Shown here: positions 36,453-47,533 of the stretch, piece after piece | Layout of the letters: the number at the start of each line of letters is the position of its first letter | How positions within the stretch are numbered: the first letter of the stretch is position 1 | Notes under the pieces: model-generated | Seen by the model: only the letters and a program-made list of their open reading frames with translations | What the model was told of the DNA's origin: nothing | Database searches by the model: none | DNA from: Perkinsus olseni | Taxonomy: Eukaryota | Direction of reading: 5' to 3' | Assembly: GCA_013115125.1 (NCBI GenBank) | Contig: JABANN010000209.1 | Location: 1-52,826, forward strand | Length of the DNA stretch: 52,826 nt | Made by a program: the position numbers and the translations under genes

Positions 36453-37173
36453 TCACGCCTTTTCTCCTTCTTTCTCAGAGCCGGCAGCAATGATGTTCTC
36501 AACTTTATCAACTTTGTCCTTCAGCGTCTGATGCTTATCAATCCGCGTACCAAACCTCATATTGGAGTTAACGCGCGGGCAACCTGAAGCAGCAGCACTA
36601 GCACGCTGACGGGAAACACAAAGCCTCGCGACTCCCACCCATCTCGTGAAGCACTTCGTGAGCTAACTTAACAGCTCCCATAACATCCGACCATTGGCCT
36701 TCGATGTTCGTACCGTAACCGTGTAGTGTCGTAGACACGCCAGGGTAGTTCCTGTCACAATAAAAATCATAACAGCTTTGAAAGCGGCAATGACTAACCT
36801 CAGCACTTTTTCAACTTCACTTACATACTTCGATACACTGGTACCAACCCCCAGAGGAACTATGCAAACATCAGCTAGTACCTACCAGAACGACGACCAT
36901 GAGCAACACTAGGAAGGCTACGAAAGCTACCGGCGTGAAACCGTTTAAGTTTAACTAGCAACAGTGCCTAAACTCCCAGGCTTCACTCACCCATTCATTG
37001 CCTTTATCTCCCCAGGGCTTCGGCGCCTTTCCTTCACTAGTAGAATAATGACGCATGAAGTTAGGAGCAACTCCGATGAGGGAGGCTGCCGGGGTGTTAT
37101 GCGCCACAAGATTCAACACTGTGGGGAGAACAACACGGCCAGCAATGGTTGAAGATGATGATGATGCAGACAT
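36453..37173 (-). CDS. MTH1187/UPF0045 (thiamine-binding, ECM15-like) family protein with an N-terminal extension, multi-exon
   Basis: Exon peptides VLADVCIVPLGVGTSVSKY, TLHGYGTNIEGQWSDVMGAVKLAHEVLHEM and GCPRVNSNMRFGTRIDKHQTLKDKV. Confidence 0.8.
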
Positions 37174-38245
37174 AAGTCTTAACTTTCTCTCAGTTAAAAA
37201 CACTGTAAGCTTCAAAACTCTATCCAACCTTCCGAAACTAAATCACTCTAACCCAAAGGAAACGAGAAGTTGAAAATGTCTGGGACACAACGAGCGGGCC
37301 CATTTTAGTAGCGTTGGTGACACGCGCATTGTGTCAAGAGAATCGTCACGCGCCACGAAATTGCCTGCTGAAAGCAGGCTGCTTTCTCTCTACAATGAGA
37401 GCTTAGTACAGGAACGACAAACAAGCAACAAGCAGGAAGGCACAATATTAATACTATTGATATTGGATATATCAGTATGCTTGGAACCTCCATCGACAGC
37501 CCTCCTATCGCGATAGAAAAGGTTGTGGAGAGCACACTCCTGATCATCGTCGATGATTAACCCCTGGCGGTGCGTCCCTCGTCGATAATGTCACGTAATT
37601 CTGGTTAGCAAGATAGGCAATACTTTCAGCGACCAACAAGTGGTTCGAGAGACCAGAATGCTCTCCTGGTAGCCAGATACGACTAGGTACCCTGTAGCCT
37701 GGGGGAATCGCTCTCAACGAGAGGGTCCACCGATAACATCTGCAACAGCGGTGGAGTTACTCTACTTGGCAACGTGGCAGCCAGCTGAGGGCAACTGTTA
37801 TCCATACTTCAAAATCATGGACATGGGCGACATAATTGCGTCCATCGAGCAACCGAGCAGCTGACTCGAAGACAGGGCGTGGGAGGGGTGTGAAGGGCGC
37901 TAGTAGCGCCGCGCTACTGTGAACCCCTACTGAAATTCTTGAATAGTCGTTGAAATCACCAAGCAATACCGAGTGGCATCACAACCGATACTACCTTCGA
38001 AGCCGCCCGCAGTCCTCCTTAGCGTCAACACGGCGCGAAAAGGAAAGCTGCGCTCATCCGTTATCATCATACCAACCACCCACAGCATCGGTCATAGTCC
38101 ATTCCTACTCTACTATTAACAGACTACAACTCGACACAGAGCAGAATGAAAGAAATAGTTCCCTTGCTGGTAAGTCCAGCATGATCGTCTTCTAACTAAC
38201 GTTGACTACTACGACTACTACTACTGCTACCTAACGCTCCATTTA

Positions 38246-41200
38246 TTAGTAGTCTCTCTTCCTACTCTCCCTGTAGTCGCCATAGGAAGCCGATCGTGAC
38301 CTCCGATTCCCCCCTCGACCGCCGCCACTGTAATAACTATCTCTACGATCTCTCGAGCTTCCCCACCAGTCGCCTCCTCGACGCCCTTCGTAGTAGCTGT
38401 CCCCGCCGCCCCTACCGTGGTAGCTATCACCACCGCCACCACGACCATAGTACGATGATCCACCGTAATCGTTGTACCCGCCGCGAGAACGGCCATAATA
38501 ATCATCATCGTAACCCCTACCATAACCTCCTCTGCCGTACTCGAACTGCCGCAGAAGATCTTCGATCTGCAACAAAGACAACCCATTCCATAAAAAGCAA
38601 GGTTCAACCTAAGATACTTACCTGGCGGATTGCCTTCTCTCTGTTAGCCTGACTGTATCCGAACACCAAAAGCCTCTCGTCACTTTTATCCTCATTATAC
38701 GCCATGAAACAGAAGGTGCTAGTGTCCTCCTCGACACGTCTCAGCTCCTGTCCACGATTGCCAGCCAACTGCGAACGAAGCTCTCTCTTCACCTCTACCC
38801 TATCCCAATCATCTCTCCCCCTGAAAGACCAGCATCTACCACAACAACCCTCACGACGAGGCAGCCCACCTCAAGTCTCTGCTGCCCAGACTGACAGGTC
38901 CGTGTCTCTGCGCCGTCAGCCACTTGAGGTACTTGCGGCACCGCTCTCGTTGGGGCTCGGTACCAGCCATGAAGCACCATTGACCAACATACTCCAGTAT
39001 ACACCCCGAAGCCGCGGCCAGCTTCTTCCTAGTAGTCCCTCGCTTGCCCAAAGCGTAAGAGAGGTCGTCAGAGGACAAATACATCCTGTCGCAAAAGCAG
39101 CTGATGAATGGACTAACATCAACATTTCTCACCTATCAGTAGCGAAGCCCTTGACGTCCTTATGGCGTTTCTCTGTGCAGCCATCAGTGAACCATCCGGG
39201 ATTCTTGGTTTCAACCGAGGACATAACCTGAAGGAGCACACCGAGTCAACGCTTGAGCTGGTTGTGGTGGGCGGACCTTCAGAAGGGCACCACGACGGCT
39301 CCTCTGGGCTCCGAATATGGTAAGTTTCTCAGTGCCTGAAAAGTGAACGTGCAAGGAGTTGAACCGACGACCTTCCGATTGGCTAATACCTGAGGCATCC
39401 TTCAGAGCTGGCTTGTCTCTCTTGTCCTTAGCCTTGTCCATGAAGAACATAAGGCATCCCCATTCCTGTTCAATACGGCCAAGCGTCTCTCGTCTATACC
39501 TGTGTCGACGACGAAGACGATGAGGACGTCCATGGCCACCTTCTAGTAGGAGTCGTAGTAGCTCAGGACGTGGTGGCCGAGAGGTATAGGGTTCGAATCC
39601 CAGTAAGGGCATTTCTACTCGATGATGCCGATTTTGCTCTTGTAGATGAATCGTCGCGGAGGCGGTGGAACTAGGCTGTGTTCGATATGATGATGCAAGT
39701 GTCGTCCTCAGAGGGTGGGCGTGGGTGGCGTGCGGAGGCCTCTAATTATGCTCGAAATTCTCGTCGCGGTCCACCACGCTCGTCAAGACGATGATGAGGA
39801 CGACGACGAGAAGGCTCAATGAAAGTGATTGTTGTTCAGACGATCGCCCGTACTAGTCTGGAGAAATAACAAATAATCACAACGGTAGTCGACAGTAATT
39901 CAGCGACAAAGGGAAAGGTCCCCGGTTCGAATCCCACACCCTGCATTTTTACCCAGTAATATATCCGACACATTCCCTGGGGACATCCACAATAGTGCAG
40001 TCGTCCCTTCCAGTAGCATCAACAAAGACCGGTCCCTTCAGTTGGGCGAAAAGCCAGTCGATGTACTCCTTAGCCTTCTGCCTCTCCACCAAAGTACCAT
40101 AAATATGAACGTAATTTCCAACATATTCGACCACCGCTCCGCTCGACGCCGCGATCTTCTTCCTAGTACCACCCTTCTTGCCGAGAGCGTACGAAATCTC
40201 ATCGTCCTGAGTATAAGGAAAGTTCTCAAAAAAACCAAATGCCCTCTAGGAGGTCACCTCAAGTCTGATGATGTCCATGCCTCCGCCCTCGTCATGGCAT
40301 TCGGTGAGTTCAATATCGTTGGTAAAGTGACCAGGGACCTTGGTCTCGACGGCCGACATAACCTGAAGGGCTCGAGGATGATGAAGAGGGCGATAGGAGC
40401 ACTCCTGCTTACCTTCAACATGGCCCCCTCTCGAGACCTCTTCGCACCGAAAATCGCTAAAGTCTCGAACTCCCTCTGAAAAGAAGCGCGTCGAATACTA
40501 AACGACGAACCCTATCCGGTGAGCTCACCGTCTTGTCCTTGTTAGTAGCATTAAAGTCGGCAAAGAACATAATAGTACTCCACTCCTCCTCGACAGCCCT
40601 CAAGAAGGACCCACCGGCGCCCGTCACGAAGCCGGCAGCCTCCCGAGGGACCTTCAAGATCGTCAAATCATCGTCATCGTCAGCCTGATAGCACCAACTC
40701 GACTTTCTCCTGACCCCTTTCGTCCATTTACCTCTTCGTCAACCATAACTGGCCCTGTCCTCTGCGCTATGACGCATTTGATGTACTTGATAGCTCTCCT
40801 CCTGACGTCCGGGGTACCGCCAATCTCAATAACATCACCAGCGGCCTTGTCCCCCTGGACCTTCTCCCTCAACTCGATATCTGCTCGGCTGACCTTGGCC
40901 AGCTTCTGTTTGGTACGGCCTTGGCGACCGAGCACGAACGCAGCGTCCGCGTTAGAAACCTGAGGGCGAAAATAAAATTATCCGGTTAGCGAGAAATTCT
41001 AAGGACCTCCATTTGCTCGTAATCGTATCCCTCATCTCGCTTCTTGTCGACCGAGGGAGAGGGGGTACGACCGATGCTGCCATCACGCAGCCTGACGATC
41101 TCCTCCTCGTTACGTCTTGGGTCAGCTGAACGCCTATGACCCCGATAAGAGCGAGACCTGAAGGTGACGGTGTCCGAGGGAAGGAAGGTAGCGGCCCTAC

Positions 41201-41400
41201 CTGGAACGCCCCCTGCGGCCACCCGACCTGCTGTTGCTGCGACCCCTACTGTCTCCTCTACGCGAGCGGGAACGACTCGAGTAGGAGGATCGGGACATAC
41301 TCCGGGCACGATCAGCATCTCCATCGTTGTTGCCGCCACCTCGGGGCGATCGAGAGGACCCCGAGGCTGAGCGAGACCGGGATACTGATGAGGAGGGCAT
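38246..41400 (-). CDS. Multi-KH-domain RNA-binding protein with RS-rich N-terminus and RGG/Y-rich C-terminus
   Basis: Repeated KH-like motifs: LGRQGRTKQKL, VPREAAGFVTGAGG, VPRECVGYITG and ALGKRGTTRKKL. SR repeats lie at 41197-41400 and GGY/RGG at 38246-38581. Confidence 0.75.
39567..39614 (+). other. Truncated tRNA-like sequence (A-box joined directly to B-box) in a KH-gene intron
   Basis: GACGTGGTGGCCGAGAGGTATAGGGTTCGAATCCCAG. The start resembles a tRNA-Ser/Leu 5' end and the anticodon arm is absent. Confidence 0.6.
39913..39950 (+). other. tRNA 3'-half-like B-box module plus T5 at the 5' end of the same intron (antisense to the host gene)
   Basis: GAAAGGTCCCCGGTTCGAATCCCACACCCTGCATTTTT. 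The first 18 nt are identical to the NHP2 copy 1 intron. Confidence 0.65.
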
Positions 41401-41630
41401 TGTAGGCGACTACAAGGGCTACCAGAGACGGTCCCCAATGAAAGAGTTTGGTGATCTAGCGACTTCACCTAGTTCCACAGCTAAGGCAGTGAAAGTGGAA
41501 AGTTGAGGGAGAAGAGGGTCACAGGCTCTCAAGACGGCAGGCGTGGTTTGACAAGGAGAGTTTCATGCTAACGACTCGATGCTTTGGCGTCAATCTCGCT
41601 GATCCTATCGATCGGTGGGAATAGAATGCA

Positions 41631-41672
41631 TAAAAAAGGCCAAGGGAAGGGATCGAACCCCGGACTTAAGGT
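41631..41672 (-). other. tRNA 3'-half-like B-box module plus T6 upstream of the KH gene
   Basis: Minus strand reads ACCTTAAGTCCGGGGTTCGATCCCTTCCCTTGGCCTTTTTT. Confidence 0.55.
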
Positions 41673-43132
41673 AAATGCAAATCGATCGTCGAGGCGAGCG
41701 CATTTCACACGTGCGCTTCTGTGGGATTCCATGTCACATTCTTTTGAGTGGAAACGGAATTATACACGTCTGGCATGGTAGATTATACGGATTCACAAGT
41801 GCAAGGTTTATCAACACCCTTAACCAGCCATGCCGCACGATTACCCCGTGTTGACAAGCATCCCACAGCAGGGGCAATTTTCCTAACATATGCAGCACGT
41901 GCGCGAGACAGGCTGGGATCATTCGAACTACTATAGGATTCCCTAAAGTATCTCTAGCCTAGAAGACTAAACTTGTCCTCAGCACACGTTGTTAACGTTA
42001 AGCACCGTTATGGCGGTTAAATGAAGTACCAGAGGAGTGTTGGCTGCTGTCGCTGTTCTTCACAATCCACACTTTGGCAACGCCGCCATGCGCACGATCA
42101 GCTTCGGCCCTCCAGCTGATGTAAGAACATCCTTGACGGCGGCCGTTGGTGATTCTTCTATGCGGCCCTGAGTGACGAAACAGCTTTTGCTTTCTCAGAA
42201 ATACCCTCAGTTGGCGGAGGGGAGATATTGGGGCGACACCAATGCGACTAGATGTGAATATAACAGTGGTCATGGACTCCGTAGGCTGACCATAGACGTC
42301 GGTGGTTCCTTTATCCCAACTAACGAGCTCCATTCTCCAGAGACTGTTGACCGTGATTGGTTCATAGCGAGGTGGGCCTCGATGCGAACAACTACGGGGT
42401 GACCCGCTATAGAGGAAGATATTTGCATCTGTGAAGATCGGAGGTTCAAGGAAAGTTGCTTAGGGGTTTTCGCCGTTGCTGAATTCAATAGGACCGTCAC
42501 CGTGGTGGGATTTGCAACTCCGAGATTCGTCCATTATCGAGTTTACGCACCGCTCTCTCGAGGGATCGACCGACATCATGCGGTTGGCCACGTTGCTCCT
42601 ATCAACGGGACCTCGAGCAGGTCAGAGTCGTGCGCAGTGGGCCGCGCAGCTAGTCTGCGTATCGACTCGAAATGAAAGTCGGCGTTGGCAGTAAAATTCG
42701 GCAAGCCGACCGTCGGCGGCCGAAGGTTCCATTGAGTCCAGCAAGAATGTTGTTGTGAGTCCGATCTCCCCGACGCAAGAGGAGATAGAGTGCGTGCCCG
42801 TTTCGCCCGAGTCCGACTGGCAACACTAGACATAGGGAAAGAGATAAGTACGTACTGACAGCATAGCCAATAAGAGAGTAAGCAATGTAAGCTCGAGAGG
42901 GCCGAGCATTGACAGGACCGAGAAATACAGAGAACAGATAATAGTGCGCGTACTATCATAACTAATAATAAGACTGGCGCGCATGCGTGCGACCAACAGC
43001 AGCCAGGCTGATGCGCATGCGTGCACAGACGAAGAGACAGCGCAGTGGCATCGCATCAGCATTCAAGGTCTCCAACCCCTACGCAACCTTACTTGAACCT
43101 CAGATCTCAATAGACGCAAATTTCATCCTCTC

Positions 43133-43480
43133 TTGGATCCATCCTGTTTGCGTGTCAGATATACGCATTTGGGCGACTTTTTCTCTGTTCACGTGGAATA
43201 TGGCAATGGTTTCCGCCGGGACCACCACAACACCGTTGACAAGTGTGATCCACTTCACAACATGGATGACTCGATGTTCCGCCAAGAAAAGGACAGACTT
43301 TACGCGGCCACTAGGGACGGCGGAGAACGCATCTTCGAACGCGCACGAGAACTCTGCTCGGCTGTGATCGAGGCCATTGAGCACCGACACGGGCCGAAAT
43401 TCAGGCAACTGTGCGATGAGTACCACGCGGTCACGCTGAGATCTTTGGCGGAGAACTGGCACTACGGGATTCCCGTCTAA
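43133..43480 (+). pseudogene. Uncharacterised protein family B, C-terminal part (5' end not found)
   Basis: PLHNMDDSMFRQEKDRLYAA...LCSAVIEAIEHRHGPKFRQLCDEYHA aligns by eye with 46660-46870. Confidence 0.55.
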
Positions 43481-43849
43481 GAGTTGTCGTCGAATACTCG
43501 CTATTTATGATGTTTCATCTTCACCTTTTTTCTCGCCGATACGTGTGTCTGGAGCAGCAAGCATCAGGTGGACATGATGATGTGGCTGTTGTTGTCTGTA
43601 GCCGCTCAGTCATTGTGTTCGGCTGAGTATCATACTAAGGATCTAGTTTTCCCCATGTATCATAGCGCTCGTAAGCTGGGGAGTCTCATGCAGTCATCAG
43701 CGGCGCTGATGACTTATCATTGACGACGCCGAGTCTGATAACCTCTCCGGTTGCCCGTCCACCGACGACGGGCCGCGGCTCCAAGGAAGATGCCCTTCTC
43801 ATTAGCGCCGCCCGAGATACCGTCGTAGCACTGCTATATCCGCCGTCAC

Positions 43850-44079
43850 TAGAGGTGGGCGACAGGACGGGTATGGTCTTGTACGGTACGGGTACGAGTG
43901 CGGCTCCGTAACCGTACTACCCGTCGCAGCGGTTCCCAAGTACCGTACCCACTCTATACCCGTATGCGCTATTTAATATATTGAGTACGTACTAGTTCTC
44001 TGTACCCGTACTAGGAGCCGTATTTGAAACGTACTCCGTACCCTACTTCCCTCAAGCCCAGTACGTTTGCCCAGCTCTA
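43850..44079. mobile_element. hAT-family MITE (230 bp) with 8-bp TSD GCCGTCAC
   Basis: TIRs TAGAGGTGGGC and GCCCAGCTCTA. GCCGTCAC lies at 43842-43849 and 44080-44087. Internal GTACCCGTA/TACGGGTAC-type repeats are present. Confidence 0.9.
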
Positions 44080-44581
44080 GCCGTCACCTAATGCGTAGTC
44101 TATCCAGCATAGCATCGATCCTATGATATGGCAAGTAATCCATGAGCCGTCACAGCATGACCAGCATGGCGCTGTTTAATCAACTTGTCCGCCTGGACTC
44201 ACTGTCCTTCTCGACGCTTCTCCGATTGGTGTACTCGTTCAAGTTCGTTACCGGGAAACTATACAGTACATCTGAGGCATGTCCTCCTGCTGCACGCATT
44301 CGGGCTGTCTCTTGCGACAGAGCGTCGATTGAGAAGAGTGCATCGGATTCAGCACCCCCTCAATCGCGGCTCCACAATATCAGGCTTTTTAAGACACCAC
44401 AGAGCCTTGAACACTGAAGATTGGCATCTGGATCTTGAAGATCTCATCTGATACCAACCGCGCTCGCGCCAGAACAGGATATCTTCTCGAACTAGCAGCG
44501 TGGCCTATCTTCTGATCCCCTGCACGCACTCATGAGAGACCTGGGCGACCGGCAGTGAATCTTCTGCTTTGTCCTCTCCCC

Positions 44582-45673
44582 ATGATCGGAAGACTTTTCT
44601 GCATCATCATCGGGCTCAGCGTTGGGTCCTCTGGCACTAAGCTAGTGCGGATAGCCATATTCCCTCAGAAGGCGGTAGCCAGTGCCGTTACGGTGCAACT
44701 CGTGGGACAGCTGAAGGTCGACGGCGAAGAGATCAACGCTCTGGTGGACACCCAGAGCCCGAACACCTTCTTCGTATGGAAACACTGGTATGAGTCCCTC
44801 TCCCCAGGAGGGTGCCAAGAGCTCCTCTTCAAATGCTATGAATGCAACCCGCCGCCATGCACTGAGGGCCTTATCACCTACCTAGATACTCTCTCGACAG
44901 GGTTGAAGTGGGCATCTACCATCAAGCAGGGAAGGTCGATTTCGGCACCGTCACAGCTGATGGTGTCGAGTTCGGACTGGTCGCCGAATGCGACGGGCCG
45001 CCTTACGCTTCCCTCGGCCTGGCTCCACAACAATACGACCCGTTCGACCCCTTTGTTCCGTTGGTTCAGCAGCTGCTGGCTCAGCCTGAGCCAAAGCGCC
45101 TCATCGAGAGCAGCAACTTCCCGCTCTACCTCAGTGCTGGTGAGGGCTCTGCTGGTGAGCTCATACTCGGTGGTGAAGATAAGGAAAAGTACAGCGGCCC
45201 TCCGACCTACGCCCAAATTGCCAACCCGGTTGACCGTACTGTAGTGGTCTCAAACTTGGGTATTGGAGACGTCTCGAAGCATCGAGTCCCGGCGAAAGAG
45301 CCTGGATCATTCGACAGCGGTGCCAACATCATGATGATGGCCGAGGACTTCAAACCACAAGTGCTTCAGCTGCTTACGACCGCCGGCAAGAAACCCGTAA
45401 CCATCACGGAGAAATCTGGCCTTTACGAGACTTTCTGTGGAGATACTGAGAATTTGCCGCCGATAACTTTCTTCATCCAGGGGTTGGAGGGCGAGGATGT
45501 CGCTCTCGAGGTCCCCCCCTGCCAGCTACGTTTATAAGAGTACAGAAGCCATTTGTATTTTGGCAATCACTTTTGGTGACAGATGGATTCTCGGGTTGCC
45601 CACTATCACTGGGCATTACTTTTTCTACGACTGGGATAAAGCTCGCATTGGCTTTGCTGGGGTGAAGTGGTAA
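44582..45673 (+). pseudogene. Pepsin-like (A1) aspartic protease, intronless, two frameshifts
   Basis: Signal peptide, LVDTQS, GELILGG, FDSGAN and a C-terminal YDWDKARIGFA-type motif. Frame changes occur near 44880 and 45520. Paralog of 51009-52091. Confidence 0.8.
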
Positions 45674-46130
45674 CATTTTCTAGACACGATCGAGACCGAT
45701 TTTTTAATTATTCTTTTCGATTTGACCTAGCGCATGGCTCCTCCCAAAAAGGAGGGTATACAGGGCAAGACCCTTTCACCGTTGATGAAAGGCGCTCACT
45801 ACTGCGATTCATTTGGTTTAACACTGGGTGAGACTTCAACCTTCTCTTTCTCTCTTTCAGTATATTTGAACTCAACTTATTCCCTCAGCTCGATATGATC
45901 AGAGTTTTTGATACGGAGGAATGTGTCCTGTTCGCGGAACAGTCCCTCCCGATCCGAGCACCCATCTTCTCGCGATGATTCTACGTCTTCAAGACACTGG
46001 AAGCAATAAGTTAAAGTAAGCCACTCAGCTTGACAGGCGATCACTGATTCTGCGACACCCTGTTGACGCCAATGCCGCTCGGAAGCGTAGACAATACTCG
46101 TTACGGGGATTCACATATCCAAGTTCAACC

Positions 46131-46930
46131 TTGAAATGCCAAACGTCTGAACAGAACATCACCAGAGCGTTGGGTGCAGCGATATTCGTGTTGAACTTAT
46201 TCCTCGGCGAAGCGATACGTACGATAAACCCAGACCCTCCCAGCGATGTAGGGTTTTTTACAATGAGAACGACGAACTTCATCGCTCGTGAATCACGAGC
46301 GACGATCACGAGACGTGATCGTCATATGGTATCCTGAAAAGAGTTATCGAGCTCAGAAATACTCAAACTTGGAAGATGATTGATTTCACCAACGAGTCCA
46401 CTTCCTTCAAAGTGGCTATATCTGTGGTGATGGGCTTCGTAAGTTTCGACGTGAGAGACGATCGTCGAAAGAGACAGGCTCACTTGACCAGAGACGGATG
46501 ACCGCTTTGGTTCCACGCGAGGGTAGGCTTTGGTGAGTACCAACCCAATGTTGCTTTTCACGCTTTGGATAAACGCACTTCTCTTACCGCTCGGCTATTA
46601 ATAACGAATATTCGGTATGTCGAATTGCGTAGCAGCTCAGATGAGTTTGATCCACTGAGTGGATTCCACTCTACAACCTGAAGAGTTCGACATTCCGCGA
46701 GGTAAGGAAGAAACTTTACTGGGCCGCTGATGCAATCGGAGGGGGTGCATACGAGTACGCAGGACCCGTCTGTTCCGCTGTGCGAGGTCATGGATTATCA
46801 ATTGGGCGCGGAATATAGCAAGCTATGCGATCAGTATCATGCACTTATCATAAGACCTCTAAGGAGAACATTGAATCGCTCGCGGAGAGATAGAGTTCAA
46901 AACACTGGTGCCCAATCGGCACGCTCATGA
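46131..46930 (+). pseudogene. Family B paralog, degenerate
   Basis: IPLYNLKSSTFREVRKKLYWAA...VCSAV, then a frameshift to EVMDYQLGAEYSKLCDQYHA. A hydrophobic signal-like stretch lies near 46170, followed by in-frame stops. Confidence 0.5.
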
Positions 46931-47533
46931 TGATAGTTAGAATTATGTTGCTTTTTCAGGTACTCAGCTCGTGTATCCAGAATGGAGAGAATCTCTTAAG
47001 TCTTGAAAGAATGACTGAGTTATTTCCGTGGTTTGTAGTTTTTAGTGTTTCTAGTGCTGGGGTGGGATAACACTGTCGTCCTCGACCATCCTACGATCCC
47101 CAGCGCTCGCCGATCTGTCCATGTCCCAAACGATGGAGCTAGCACAGTCTCCGTGGTAGAGAACAAGTCGGTCAACCACTTCTGACGATTGGAAGTCTCC
47201 CACAGAGTCGGTCGGCAAGGCTTCTCGGAGTAGTGGCTACTAGCTAGCAATAGTTACCCCGGAGTTATTATATTGCGATCTCGCGCTCCCCGGGTCGCGG
47301 AGTTCCGCACCGCGATAGATTCCCGATTCCTCTATGGGAGCAGCCAGATCACTCCTTCGTGATCCGACTGAAGGCTCGGTAACTAGGGAATGAGAGCCTC
47401 TCTACGCTTCCCGGAAGCGGCTTCCGACATTTCCACTGAGATCATATTAGGCCACCTACGCACGAACGCAAGAATGACAATAATGCAATAACCTCTTGAC
47501 AACATCAGGTTGAGTGGAGTCACGGAATAGGGA

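Noticed and set aside
39540-39950. Complete tRNA genes or an intronic snoRNA
   Set aside because: No full cloverleaf can be formed, and there is no C/D box pair on the host strand.
41998-43062. Possible retroelement gag/integrase fragments on the minus strand
   Set aside because: Only vague motifs were seen, not enough to support a call.
44870-45530. Programmed frameshifting like that in perkinsid mitochondrial genes
   Set aside because: This is a nuclear gene, the intact paralog has no shifts, and the shift sites share no motif. Pseudogenisation or sequence error is simpler.
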